Source of the DNA: a virus
Lineage: Duplodnaviria; Caudoviricetes
Strand: one strand, 5' to 3'
Length of the DNA: 64,000 nt
IMG/VR virus record: IMGVR_UViG_3300049988_000124
Coordinates: 224,001 to 288,000 of that record
Under the pieces are notes generated by a model. The model was given only the letters and a program-made list of their open reading frames with translations, was not told the DNA's origin and made no database searches. The position numbers were made by a program, and so were the translations under genes. Each line of letters opens with the position of its first letter. Within the stretch, counting starts at the first letter, position 1. Below are positions 26,289 through 35,732 of this stretch, piece by piece.

Positions 26289-27806
26289 TCAGTACGAACT
26301 AGTACAGTGAAAGATCTTCTGCAAGATCTGGCGAATCTCACCGATCTTGAACGGCTTCTTCAGAACCGTATATCCTTCAAGCTCTGCACTGTCAGAGAAA
26401 CCAGTCACGAAGACCACTTCCAAATCAGGGTGAAGGAGCTTGGCTGAGCGGATGACCTGTGCTCCGTTCATAACGGGCATGGCGTAGTCAATGACGACCA
26501 GGTCAGGACGGTTGTCCTTCAGGTAGACCAATGCATCCATACCGTCGACCGCTGTCTTGACGTGGTGACCAAGAAGCGTCAAGATCTCCGAGAGCGTCTC
26601 CCGGACACCTGGATCATCGTCGACCAGGAGGATGTTCTTGGCCTCACACATCTGGATGAGATTACCGGCTACTACCTCTTCCTGGAAGATCGCTGCGTTC
26701 TTAACGACGGGCAGACTGATCGTGATCGTGGTACCCTTCTCCGACGTCTTCTTGATGTAGACATCGCCGCCTGACTGATTAGCCAGACCGTAAACCATGC
26801 TGAGACCAAGACCTGTTCCCTTACCAATATCCTTGGTAGTGAAGAACGGCTCAAAGACGCGCGCCGCAACATCGGCAGGAATACCAATACCGGTATCAGT
26901 GACGTTGATCTCAACCTCGTCATTCTCGATGATCGTGGAGATCGTGAGACTACCGCCCTCGGGCATTGCGTCGCGAGCGTTGACCGCCAGGTTCAAGATA
27001 GCCAGTTCAAGCTGAACCGGATCAGTGCGCACCACTACGTCGGTGATGTTGGAGGTGGAGATCTGAATGTCTGGACCGATGGTCCGGGTGATCAACTGCC
27101 TGACGTTCATGATGACCGGAGCCAGTTCCACTTCCTTGATCTGGAGCTTCTGGTTACGCGAGAACGTCAGGAGCTGTGCAGTCAGATGTGATGCTCTCGA
27201 TATTGCCTCAATACCAACACCCACCCAGCGCGGTACACGGTCACTGTGGGGATTACTACTGATGAGCTCGAGGCTACCACTGATGGCTTGGACGAGATTG
27301 TTAAAGTCGTGCGCAATGCCGCCTGTTAACTGGCCCACTGCTTCCATCTTCTGTGACTGGAGCAGGTGAGTCTGTGCGCGCTCTTTCTCGTCCTTCTCGA
27401 TCTTAAGCTCTTGGATCTTCTGCTCGAGCTGGCGATTAAGGGCATCAATCTTAGCAAAAGAAGGAAGCTTGATCGCTGTTGGAATAAGGAACCACAGACT
27501 ACCCAAGGCTAGAATGGAGAGAAGTGAGGAAATGAGTTGCATGGTGGGTGAGGGTGAGTGGTTCTCCACGGTCATCCCAAAAACGGCCCAGGCTCTACCG
27601 AGCGCACAAACAGCATTTGAGATCAGGAAGAACCAGATAAACTTGTTGTCGCGAAGGTCAGGGCGTTCCTTTAGAACCTTGGTCGACAACGTGGCATTAG
27701 TTGTGTGAAAAGCACCAGCGAAGAGATGGGTAAGAATGGAGGCAAGAACAGGCCAGGGATTCGGCCCGAAATACTGAACGGCTAATAGCCAAAAATCTGC
27801 GGACAC
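26289..27806 (-). CDS. Hybrid sensor histidine kinase-response regulator with ETR1-like three-TM sensor
   Basis: H-box [10 protein letters not shown]-box [12 protein letters not shown]1 [16 protein letters not shown]2 GTGLGL and receiver ILLVDDD...VIDYAMP...VTG...KKPF. The N-terminal TM region ends [24 protein letters not shown]. Confidence 0.93.
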   Translation of the reverse strand: MSADFWLLAVQYFGPNPWPVLASILTHLFAGAFHTTNATLSTKVLKERPDLRDNKFIWFFLISNAVCALGRAWAVFGMTVENHSPSPTMQLISSLLSILALGSLWFLIPTAIKLPSFAKIDALNRQLEQKIQELKIEKDEKERAQTHLLQSQKMEAVGQLTGGIAHDFNNLVQAISGSLELISSNPHSDRVPRWVGVGIEAISRASHLTAQLLTFSRNQKLQIKEVELAPVIMNVRQLITRTIGPDIQISTSNITDVVVRTDPVQLELAILNLAVNARDAMPEGGSLTISTIIENDEVEINVTDTGIGIPADVAARVFEPFFTTKDIGKGTGLGLSMVYGLANQSGGDVYIKKTSEKGTTITISLPVVKNAAIFQEEVVAGNLIQMCEAKNILLVDDDPGVRETLSEILTLLGHHVKTAVDGMDALVYLKDNRPDLVVIDYAMPVMNGAQVIRSAKLLHPDLEVVFVTGFSDSAELEGYTVLKKPFKIGEIRQILQKIFHCTSSY

Positions 27807-27821
27807 GGGGATGATATTCCT

Positions 27822-28157
27822 TTAACCAGTATAAAGCGAGGGGCTGTATATATCGAAGGAATCGCCGCGTTGCTTAAAGGCACGACCATTCCAAGTCACT
27901 TGTTTTTGCAAGAACTTTTGCTTGTCAAAGACCACGGTGTCCCCGACCTTCATGATCTGCATGTCGTGGACTTGGGAGAGGTCTGGGTCACTAGCAAGGT
28001 GAACCGGCATTCCAGTTTTGTCGGCAACGTTGATGTAGAATGAATTCTGTTGTCCGGCAGGCAGATCAGTAATGATCTGAATGATCGCGCCGGAGCCCGG
28101 AGGCTCACGGTGAGTGTGAGTAAGTCGTTGGACTTGCGTGATCTTTGCCGTGCGCAT
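27822..28157 (-). CDS. Hypothetical protein
   Basis: 111 aa with RBS gagga, directly upstream of the kinase. Confidence 0.65.
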   Translation of the reverse strand: MRTAKITQVQRLTHTHREPPGSGAIIQIITDLPAGQQNSFYINVADKTGMPVHLASDPDLSQVHDMQIMKVGDTVVFDKQKFLQKQVTWNGRAFKQRGDSFDIYSPSLYTG

Positions 28158-28401
28158 AACGTCCTCGATAAAAGCGATAGGGGTTCATATCAGAGTCGGA
28201 CTAAATAGTCCCTAGAGGGCTAAATGAAATTCTTCTTTGTTGCTGTCTCTTGGTATGAGCCTTCTAAACTCCAGTAGAAAGAATCGATTACATGCTCTTC
28301 AGGAACATACACCACGAGAGAGTGTGGATCATATCGCTATTAACATTGTTCTGGGTTGGAGTGTTCGCTAAATACTACGGTTACTAAGGGGAGGGGTCCA
28401 G

Positions 28402-29289
28402 GTGACTCAGGAGATTCTACGCTCAAAGCAAGACAAGTCCATTAACTTTGTAACACACGCCGATGATGGTGGTAAGATCGAAGCTCGCTTTGTTCAACGC
28501 GAAGAAGACACGATCATTGTCTACCTCTCCTCGATGACGGGGTGCAACCTTAGTTGTCGTTTCTGCCATCTGACCCAGATGCACGAGACCACGATGACGG
28601 CCGTTGACATCGATGGGTATCTTACCCAAGCCCGCGATGTTCTGACGCTCGCTGCCAAAGAAGGCAAGCTTGCCAATGTTCAGACGGTGCATTTCAACTT
28701 CATGGCGAGGGGAGATGCTCTATCGAACATCTACTTTGTCAACAAGACCGAGTTGTTGTTCTACCGGCTAGATAGTCTCTCGGCTGAACATGGTCTTATC
28801 TCCAAGTTCAAGATCTCCACGATCTTTCCCAACACACTCCTGGATAGCTTCACCCTTCCTATGTTGAAAGAATGGGTGGAGCAGGTCTACGATCTTCCCT
28901 ACGACGTTGAGTTCTATTACTCCCTTTATTCACTGGACGAGGCGTTCAGGAAGAGGTGGATTCCCAAAGGAATGGATCCCGAACGTGTCGGTTATCTCTT
29001 TGAGGGAACAGAGGGAAAGCTTCGTCTCCATCACGCCCTGATCGACAAAGAGAATTGCTCACTGGCTAACACCAATCCGATCAAGAGTTGGTTGGTCAGG
29101 TATGACATCAAATGTCGTTTAAACATCGTACGCTATAATCCTTTCAACAACGGATCAGGTGTAGAAGCCTCCGACGGGGACATTCGCACTTATTGTGGTA
29201 TCATGTCATTGTGCCCCAATATCCTGGGTACTTACGTAGTCAGTCGCGTCGGTCTCGACGTCAAAGCTAGTTGCGGAACATTCGTGTGA
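28402..29289 (+). CDS. RlmN/Cfr-like radical SAM enzyme
   Basis: KIEARF, SSMTGCNLSCRFCH (CxxxCxxC), HFNFMARGDAL, YSLYS, NIVRYNP and C-terminal DVKASCG (RlmN IDAACG equivalent). Confidence 0.85.
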   Translation: MTQEILRSKQDKSINFVTHADDGGKIEARFVQREEDTIIVYLSSMTGCNLSCRFCHLTQMHETTMTAVDIDGYLTQARDVLTLAAKEGKLANVQTVHFNFMARGDALSNIYFVNKTELLFYRLDSLSAEHGLISKFKISTIFPNTLLDSFTLPMLKEWVEQVYDLPYDVEFYYSLYSLDEAFRKRWIPKGMDPERVGYLFEGTEGKLRLHHALIDKENCSLANTNPIKSWLVRYDIKCRLNIVRYNPFNNGSGVEASDGDIRTYCGIMSLCPNILGTYVVSRVGLDVKASCGTFV

Positions 29290-29294
29290 ACACA

Positions 29295-29326
29295 CTAAGA
29301 GGGAGGGCATTAGCCCTCCCTCTTAG
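29295..29326 (+). terminator. Hairpin terminator
   Basis: ctaagagggagggc/gccctccctcttag 14-bp stem. Confidence 0.75.
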
Positions 29327-29431
29327 GTCTGTGTGGCTATCTGAATTATGCTCTTTTTTCAACCCAAGTTGGTTTTAATTAATCGTGTTATGGTGTGTAG
29401 TTAAGGCACTAAAATAAGGGAGTTTTTAAGC

Positions 29432-29998
29432 ATGAGATTTGTACTGAGATCTGTAGTTACATTGGCATTGTTGGTGACGGGAAGTCCTGCTGTTAGTCAG
29501 GTGCGACCCACGATCCGGGTGCCAATGTGCCTTCAATATCCCGACAGTAAGACCTACGTTCCGTGTACCGGCATGGTACCGGTTGACAAGACGACGGGTG
29601 AACCACTTGATTGGACGGCGGTGTTCAAGGGTTCGCCTAGTGACCCCATCTATACCCAAGAAACGACGCGCCGCACTCACTGGGCTGAGACTTCCTCGCC
29701 CCTGAGTGCCGGTCAGCAGTTCACTGGCGTAACGCACGACGACGGCGGTGCTTACAATGGTGGCTCGACGAGGTCGACGTCTTTCTCCTGTTTTGCCGTT
29801 ACTGATCAGTCAGGTACGCTTAGCATCCAAGGATCAGATAACGCCAGTAATTGGGTAACGTTTCAGTCACGCCCCCTGGTACCAGACACGGGCACCTATT
29901 TGGTTCAACCCCTCTTTACGCGCTATTGGCGTTGCGTGGTCGTTAATGGTGGAGCTGCGCAAGGTAGTCTTGTTGTTAAATCTGCGTTCGGAATGTAA
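29432..29998 (+). CDS. Signal-peptide-bearing hypothetical beta-rich protein
   Basis: MRFVLRSVVTLALLVTGSPAVS|Q, RBS aaggga. Confidence 0.75.
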   Translation: MRFVLRSVVTLALLVTGSPAVSQVRPTIRVPMCLQYPDSKTYVPCTGMVPVDKTTGEPLDWTAVFKGSPSDPIYTQETTRRTHWAETSSPLSAGQQFTGVTHDDGGAYNGGSTRSTSFSCFAVTDQSGTLSIQGSDNASNWVTFQSRPLVPDTGTYLVQPLFTRYWRCVVVNGGAAQGSLVVKSAFGM

Positions 29999-30001
29999 GT
30001 C

Positions 30002-32014
30002 ATGGTACGAAAACTAAAGCATGTAGCGATGCTCCTTGGAGCATGTATTTTTACACCCACTGAATCTCTGGCCCAGTGTTTCCAGAACGGTATTCCTTGC
30101 GGACAATCTACCACCGCCCCGTCAACAGGAACAACCACCCCAATCACGCCGGGTAGTAGTATCTTGATGGAGGGAACCAACGGTAGCAATACGGTTCCAG
30201 TGCTGACCGACTCTAATGGTCGCATCATCACCAACATCAACTCCCTTCCTGCTCTTCCCAACGGAATGAACACGATCGGTAAGATCAGTAACACGGTGTT
30301 TGATGTCACCCAGTCGGGTACTTGGAATGTGGGAGTAACTGGACCGGTGTCGGTGACTGGTCAGTTCTACCCATCTGTTCAATCTGTCTCCCAATCAGGT
30401 AGCTGGTCAACGACACTTACAGGAACGCTTCCCGCGTTTGCCGCAACACCTACTGTTAACCTCGGCACCATCGGCTCCATCGCTACCGATGACAGTGTAA
30501 AGGAAGTGACAACGGCCTTGGGCACGCCCTTTCAAGTTGGAGGGACGATTGGAAACACTTCCTTCGGCGCGGCGCAGACCGGCTCCTGGACCGTTGGTCT
30601 TAGTAGTGGCACGAATACCATTGGTTCAATCGCTAACACTGCGTTTGGGATTACTGGTACGCTTCCAGGATTTACAACCCCGCCGACCGTCAACATCGGG
30701 AGTACCGCAGGGCTCGCGTTAGATAGTTCGCTGGGCGGTCTATTCAAAGCGGGTCAGTTGATCGGTAACACCAGTTTTGACATCAGTGGTACGCTCCCTG
30801 CCTTTGCGGCTACACCAACCTTTAATGTTGGTACAACAAATGGTCTAGCACTCGATACTAGCGTGAATGGACTCTTTAAGGCGGGACAAAGTATCGGTAA
30901 TACCTCCTTTGGTATTAGCGGCACGCTTCCGGCTTTTGCTAGTACGCCTACGGTAAACATCGGAAGCTCTCCAGTAATCACCACCTACCCCACCGCAATG
31001 GTGGCAACCTCTGCTCCTTCTTTCATCAGTGGTACTTACCGCCAGCTGAGTATGACCTTGGCTGGAGCCTTGCGGGTTGACAATAGCGGAGTTACCCAAC
31101 CAGTAACTGGTTCGGTGACGGCTAACATCGGTACCGTCAACGGACTAGCCTTGGATACCACGGTCAATGGTTTGTTCAAAGCTGGACAGAGTATCGGTAA
31201 CAGCTTCTTTGGCGCACGACTCCAGGATGCAAGTGGTGCAGCTCTTGGAACAAGTGGGAATCCCGTCTACGTTTCTGGTGGCGGTGGCGGTGGCACACCA
31301 ACTGGCACTGCTGGTACGCCCAATAGCGCCGTTGTGTCTGTTCAGGGAATCAGTGGCGGTACACCACTGCCTGTGCAGAACACTGCTGCCCTTCCGGCGG
31401 GCACGAACACGATTGGTAACGTGAACATCAATGGTACGGTTCCAGTCTCTGGGACATTCTACCAGGCAACCCAGCCCGTTAGTGTTGCTAGTCTTCCCCT
31501 TCCCTCAGGTGCTGCCACCAGTGCCCTTCAGGGGACGATGAACACCAACCTGACAACCCTGGTCACCAACACCACTGGTGCCTCTACAGCAGCCCTCCAG
31601 ACGAGCGGTAATGCTAGTCTGACAACGGTGGCGGGAACTGTCTCTGCTGCTGGCACTCCTGCTAGTAATGCCGTTACGGTACAACAGCTGACCATGGCAG
31701 TCGCCCCGACTACGGTGGCTGGTGCATCAAGTGCGGTACTAAAGGGATCAGCCGGAACGCTCTACTCGATTAATCTCGAGAATGCCTCTACTGGTGGATA
31801 CGTAATTGCCTATGATGGAGCTGTTCCATCTAGTGGTGCGTCGATCACGGCTAGCCTCATTCGGTATCATTACGCCATCCCGGCTAATGCCCCGTTTGAT
31901 AAAGTCTTTCAAATGCCCGCTGCCTTTACGACACAGATCACCATTCTGTGTTCATCCAGCTTTACCACTTACACCCCGATCACATGTTCGCTCATCACTG
32001 GTCAGGCTAAGTAA
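30002..32014 (+). CDS. Thr/Gly/Ser-rich repeat protein with signal peptide (fibre- or adhesin-like)
   Basis: 670 aa, signal ending ESLA|Q, with internal 44-aa repeats and xQ(S/T)G(S/T)W repeats. Confidence 0.8.
   Translation: MVRKLKHVAMLLGACIFTPTESLAQCFQNGIPCGQSTTAPSTGTTTPITPGSSILMEGTNGSNTVPVLTDSNGRIITNINSLPALPNGMNTIGKISNTVFDVTQSGTWNVGVTGPVSVTGQFYPSVQSVSQSGSWSTTLTGTLPAFAATPTVNLGTIGSIATDDSVKEVTTALGTPFQVGGTIGNTSFGAAQTGSWTVGLSSGTNTIGSIANTAFGITGTLPGFTTPPTVNIGSTAGLALDSSLGGLFKAGQLIGNTSFDISGTLPAFAATPTFNVGTTNGLALDTSVNGLFKAGQSIGNTSFGISGTLPAFASTPTVNIGSSPVITTYPTAMVATSAPSFISGTYRQLSMTLAGALRVDNSGVTQPVTGSVTANIGTVNGLALDTTVNGLFKAGQSIGNSFFGARLQDASGAALGTSGNPVYVSGGGGGGTPTGTAGTPNSAVVSVQGISGGTPLPVQNTAALPAGTNTIGNVNINGTVPVSGTFYQATQPVSVASLPLPSGAATSALQGTMNTNLTTLVTNTTGASTAALQTSGNASLTTVAGTVSAAGTPASNAVTVQQLTMAVAPTTVAGASSAVLKGSAGTLYSINLENASTGGYVIAYDGAVPSSGASITASLIRYHYAIPANAPFDKVFQMPAAFTTQITILCSSSFTTYTPITCSLITGQAK
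30635..30967 (+). repeat. In-frame 132-nt (44-aa) tandem repeat, about 2.5 copies
   Basis: Units start at 30635, 30767 and 30899 (NTxFxIxGTLPxFxxTPTxNxG..GLALD....LFKAGQxIG). A further partial copy lies at about 31125-31210. Confidence 0.9.
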
Positions 32015-32022
32015 GGGAGGAT

Positions 32023-32997
32023 ATGACCATGCGCTTTTTACTCACTCTTCTCACCTTTGTTCTTTGTTTCAACATCTCATCACCTGCTATTGCACAAACG
32101 TCGACCAATCAGCAAGTCACCGTTGCTCCTGCAACCTGGGGACCAACGACGCTTACCTTGACAGGGGCTAGTCAGACACAGACCATGACACTACCTGGAT
32201 CATCCTCCTTGGTGATGCGGGTGGCTGGGTCATGCACTGATACCAATCCAGCCGCTATCATCTTTGGGAACTCTCCCGATGTCGGTGGACCAGTACTGGG
32301 AGCGGCACGCCTCTTTAAGTCAGGAGTGGGATCGCTTGGTCGAAACTCGCTGATGTGTAATGGTACCATCTCTGGTGGCTATCGTCTAGTTACCGGTGGT
32401 AGTCAGATCAGTGTGAGTACGAGCTCGACCTTCTCAGGTTCGGTAACGCTCACGATCTTTGCCACTCAGTCTAGTGAGCTGGTGTTCATCAATGGTCCAG
32501 TGCATACTTCTGAGGAAGAGGCACTGCGAGCCGGGCGTGCATGGATTGTCTCCACGCAGCTTCAAAGTGTGGCATCGGGTAATTCGATCATGGCCACCTT
32601 GTCCAACCCTGCTGGGTCCGGCGTGAACATGTTCATCGTCATGCGCGTGTTCGCGTGTAATGGTACAACCGGAACGACACCACAAGAATGGACAACCTAC
32701 GCCAATCCAACCAATACACTGACGACGCAGATCAACCTAGCCAACCGTAAACCAAATGACACCACCGTATTTATCGGAACATTCCGTTGGCAGATGGGTA
32801 CTGGTAGTTTTACCGGTGGTACCGCTGGTGACAGTGGTCCGGTGGTAACGGGTGGTGGTTACGACGCTATTCCCTATCTATCGATGCTGACCCCTGGTAA
32901 CACAGCAGCAGTAACGATTGCAGGGGCAGGTGGTGGTCTGGCTGCTACTGCGCGGTGTAAGATCACCTATCTCGGTTACGACGAACCAATCAACTAA
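32023..32997 (+). CDS. Signal-peptide-bearing Thr/Gly-rich hypothetical protein
   Basis: MTMRFLLTLLTFVLCFNISSPAIA|Q, RBS gggagg. Confidence 0.78.
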   Translation: MTMRFLLTLLTFVLCFNISSPAIAQTSTNQQVTVAPATWGPTTLTLTGASQTQTMTLPGSSSLVMRVAGSCTDTNPAAIIFGNSPDVGGPVLGAARLFKSGVGSLGRNSLMCNGTISGGYRLVTGGSQISVSTSSTFSGSVTLTIFATQSSELVFINGPVHTSEEEALRAGRAWIVSTQLQSVASGNSIMATLSNPAGSGVNMFIVMRVFACNGTTGTTPQEWTTYANPTNTLTTQINLANRKPNDTTVFIGTFRWQMGTGSFTGGTAGDSGPVVTGGGYDAIPYLSMLTPGNTAAVTIAGAGGGLAATARCKITYLGYDEPIN

Positions 32998-33007
32998 ACG
33001 CATCTTG

Positions 33008-33035
33008 GTAGGTAGGGGCGTTAGCCTCTACCTAC
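33008..33035 (+). terminator. Hairpin terminator
   Basis: gtaggtaggggc/gcctctacctac stem. Confidence 0.7.
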
Positions 33036-33088
33036 TGGTTGTAATTTATAAAGTTCCCGATGATATGACCCTATCGTCAGGAGTTTTT

Positions 33089-33793
33089 ATGACAGTCAAC
33101 ACCCATTTCATCGACATGATCGATGCAGCTTTCCTCAAGATTGTTTGTCCTGAGCGAAAGCTGTCTGAGCTCGAAGTTCTGGTAGAGCCGTTCAAGAAGG
33201 CGTGCGTTAAGTACGAGATCGTCAGCATCCGCCGGGTCGCTGCTTTTATTGCACAGATGTCGACTGAGAGTCTACTCGTCTACGACGTTCAGGAGAATCT
33301 CAACTATTCAGCGGACGGTCTGGCTGCAACCTGGCCTAACCGCTACGCGATCAATCCTAAATCCACTGGCAAGAAGATCCCTAATGATCTGGCTAAGAAG
33401 CTTCACCGTAAGCCCGAGGCTATTGCCAACAACGTCTACGCTGATCGCATGGGTAATGGCAACGAAGCATCAGGTGACGGCTGGCGATTCCGGGGTACGG
33501 GACTCAAGCAGCTAACAGGTCTGCGGAACTGGTATCTCTTCGGTCTCACCGTCATGATGACGGCGTTGGAAGCTATTGTTTACGGTCGCACCCTTGAGGG
33601 TAGTGTAATGTCGGCTGCCTGGTTCTGGAATACCAATGGCTTGAATGATCTGGCTGAGACACCTGGTGTAGAAGACGAGACCAAGCGGATCAACGGTGGC
33701 TACAATGGTCTCGAGGACCGTCGTACTCGTTTCAACAATGGTGTAAATGAACTCCTGCGTCGTGAGCGTCTGGCTCGCGGGATTATCAAGTAA
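33089..33793 (+). CDS. Glycoside hydrolase family 19 endolysin
   Basis: AAFIAQMSTES, ENLNYS, ANNVYADRMGNG, GDGWRFRGTGLKQLTG..N, SAAWFW and TKRINGGYNGLEDR. ATG at 33089 with RBS caggag. Confidence 0.9.
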   Translation: MTVNTHFIDMIDAAFLKIVCPERKLSELEVLVEPFKKACVKYEIVSIRRVAAFIAQMSTESLLVYDVQENLNYSADGLAATWPNRYAINPKSTGKKIPNDLAKKLHRKPEAIANNVYADRMGNGNEASGDGWRFRGTGLKQLTGLRNWYLFGLTVMMTALEAIVYGRTLEGSVMSAAWFWNTNGLNDLAETPGVEDETKRINGGYNGLEDRRTRFNNGVNELLRRERLARGIIK

Positions 33794-33810
33794 GAATAAG
33801 GTTTTTACAC

Positions 33811-34155
33811 ATGACAGAAGGTGCCTACCTCGAGCCTACTCGGCTCAGCCGCCAGTGGTTGCGGCGCTTTAATAACGGACTATGTCCTCTCAAGGAGGGC
33901 GATCTATCCTACCATGAAGCGCGTACCGAGATCGGGGTAGGACCTGCTGATCAAATCACAGGTGATGTGTACCCGCACGAGGATTCTAGATGGCCCACCA
34001 AGTGTGGCTGCGGTTACCCGTTCACCGACCGTGATTCAAAGCAATTGTACGCTGAGCGAATCTATCGACGCTCAGATACCGGTGAGGAGCTATTACTCAA
34101 GGATGCTCCTGTCGGTATGGTAAGGAGACACTATCATCAAGGTCAATTCTCATGA
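33811..34155 (+). CDS. Hypothetical protein
   Basis: 114 aa with an ATGA overlap with the next gene. Confidence 0.65.
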   Translation: MTEGAYLEPTRLSRQWLRRFNNGLCPLKEGDLSYHEARTEIGVGPADQITGDVYPHEDSRWPTKCGCGYPFTDRDSKQLYAERIYRRSDTGEELLLKDAPVGMVRRHYHQGQFS

Positions 34156-34607
34156 TCCCTGTTTATCAAACCCTTACTGTGAAGAACGACGGGGTGGGTA
34201 ACTGCTTTAATGCGTGCGTTGCCTCCATTCTCGAACTTCCCCTTCGCAAAGTAGCCAACATCCTACCTGGAGAAGAAGGTTCCTGGATGCACCGCTGGCG
34301 GCGCTGGTTGGGGGATCATGGGTACCGTCTCGTATACAGTGATGAAGCCTGTCCGCCGATGGGGTACAGCATCGCCACGGTACACACCGAGCGTACTTAT
34401 CCGGACGATCATCCCAGACGTCCAGGGGTGCTCATTGCTCACTCGTGTGTAGCCTTTGACGGCGTGATCGTTCATGATCCGTATCCCCTGAAAAGTGCGC
34501 AGCGAGACATTCGTTACTACACCCAGCTTGTTCCATTAACCGATGCCGAGAAGCGAGCACACCGGCTAATGGTGGCCAGAGAAGTCGCCTACAGTGACAA
34601 GTTATAA
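34152..34607 (+). CDS. Papain-fold/C39-like protein, paralogue 1
   Basis: GNCFNACVASIL...AHSCVAF...VHDP, a possible Cys-His-Asp triad. Confidence 0.55.
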   Translation: MIPVYQTLTVKNDGVGNCFNACVASILELPLRKVANILPGEEGSWMHRWRRWLGDHGYRLVYSDEACPPMGYSIATVHTERTYPDDHPRRPGVLIAHSCVAFDGVIVHDPYPLKSAQRDIRYYTQLVPLTDAEKRAHRLMVAREVAYSDKL

Positions 34608-34837
34608 TTTATTTTAACATTCTATGGTCTTTAATCAAAAAAAGACAATACGGTTCTTTCGGTTTGAGTCAGCATGTCTGTAGTTACCAAAAACAGGTGC
34701 TGTTGTTTAGACTAGATTTGCGGCTCATAACCGCCCAATAATGCACGGTGAGACCGATTGGCAAAGATCAGTCGGACTCGGTTTTTACAAGAGTAACAGT
34801 CACATGCAGCGTTTATCAAGAACGGTGGGGCTTAAGC

Positions 34838-35470
34838 ATGCCTGACATCCCCCACACTACCCCTGCTACTACCCCTCCGCCTGTAGAGCATCAGCCCACG
34901 AGCTCTGCCACGACGCAAGTCGTGATTCCTTCCAACCCAGCCCAGCAGCGTAACCCGTATCTGGAATGGGACGGTGTCGTCTTCGTCATCGGCGGCATCT
35001 TTGCTGCCATGCTAGTTCTCAAACAGCTCCTAGAGTTCGGCAAGTCTATTGGCGAGTTCTTGGATCGTAAGAAGAAGAGTGCCCTGGAACAAGATGCACC
35101 CTTGGCTGCTCGTATTGCAGCAGTCGAGGATGTGGTCAAGTCGTTCCGAACAAGGGATGATCTAGAGAGAGACTTTGGTATCTTGAAAGGAGACATCCGG
35201 CACATCAAAGCAAACTCCGAGCAGTCTAACCAATCATCCGCTGATCGCTTTCGCAAGATTGAGGGTCAGTTGACGGAAGACCGATTGGAGCGTGCTCGTC
35301 TTGAGGCAAAGGTCGATGGCATGTCTGTCAACTTTGCTCGAGTCGAGGGTGCAGTGGAGCGACTAGGAGAGCGAGTGGAGGATCGTCTTGATAAGATGCA
35401 AGAGTTGATCACCTTAGCTGTTACTGCTCGCTCTGGTGCTAGTAAACGAACCACCAGTAGTAATGACTGA
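34838..35470 (+). CDS. Membrane-anchored coiled-coil protein (holin/XhlA-like candidate)
   Basis: Single TM GVVFVIGGIFAAMLVL followed by a long heptad-rich segment. Confidence 0.6.
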   Translation: MPDIPHTTPATTPPPVEHQPTSSATTQVVIPSNPAQQRNPYLEWDGVVFVIGGIFAAMLVLKQLLEFGKSIGEFLDRKKKSALEQDAPLAARIAAVEDVVKSFRTRDDLERDFGILKGDIRHIKANSEQSNQSSADRFRKIEGQLTEDRLERARLEAKVDGMSVNFARVEGAVERLGERVEDRLDKMQELITLAVTARSGASKRTTSSND

Positions 35471-35475
35471 TTCTA

Positions 35476-35509
35476 TCTAAGAGAGAGCCCTGATAGGCTC
35501 TCTCTTAGA
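35476..35509 (+). terminator. Hairpin terminator
   Basis: tctaagagagagcc/ggctctctcttaga 14-bp stem. Confidence 0.75.
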
Positions 35510-35670
35510 GGTTATGGTCTTGACACAAACATGATAGTGGATGAATACCTCTTTATTTTTTGAGAGGTTTGTATCTGTTATGAAATGATACAAACACTTC
35601 TCTTAACTCTTAAGGGGATGTTTGTATTGGGGGATGGTGGGAAAAATAACTCATAGATAAAGAGAGATAG

Positions 35671-35692
35671 AGATATCCCTTAAGGGATATCT
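35671..35692. repeat. Perfect 22-bp palindrome
   Basis: agatatcccttaagggatatct is its own reverse complement. Confidence 0.95.
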
Positions 35693-35732
35693 ACTAAGAC
35701 TCTATGGTATTTTGAAAAACTTTGAAATTTCG

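Noticed and set aside
26289-27806. Host-chromosome contamination as an explanation for the kinase and ACP genes
   Set aside because: Both are flanked by phage-type genes, and the kinase is followed by the same hairpin family seen throughout the window. Read-level confirmation is still advisable.
28331-28344. ATCGCTATTAAC upstream of the radical SAM gene as an early promoter variant
   Set aside because: It differs from TATATTAC in the core and I could not confirm the spaced TCAW element.
29330-29431. TATG late-promoter motifs upstream of plus-strand late genes
   Set aside because: A 4-nt motif occurs too often by chance to call without TSS data.
32918-33088. N-terminal extension of the endolysin ORF
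   Set aside because: It crosses a terminator hairpin and the upstream gene end. The ATG at 33089 has a good RBS.
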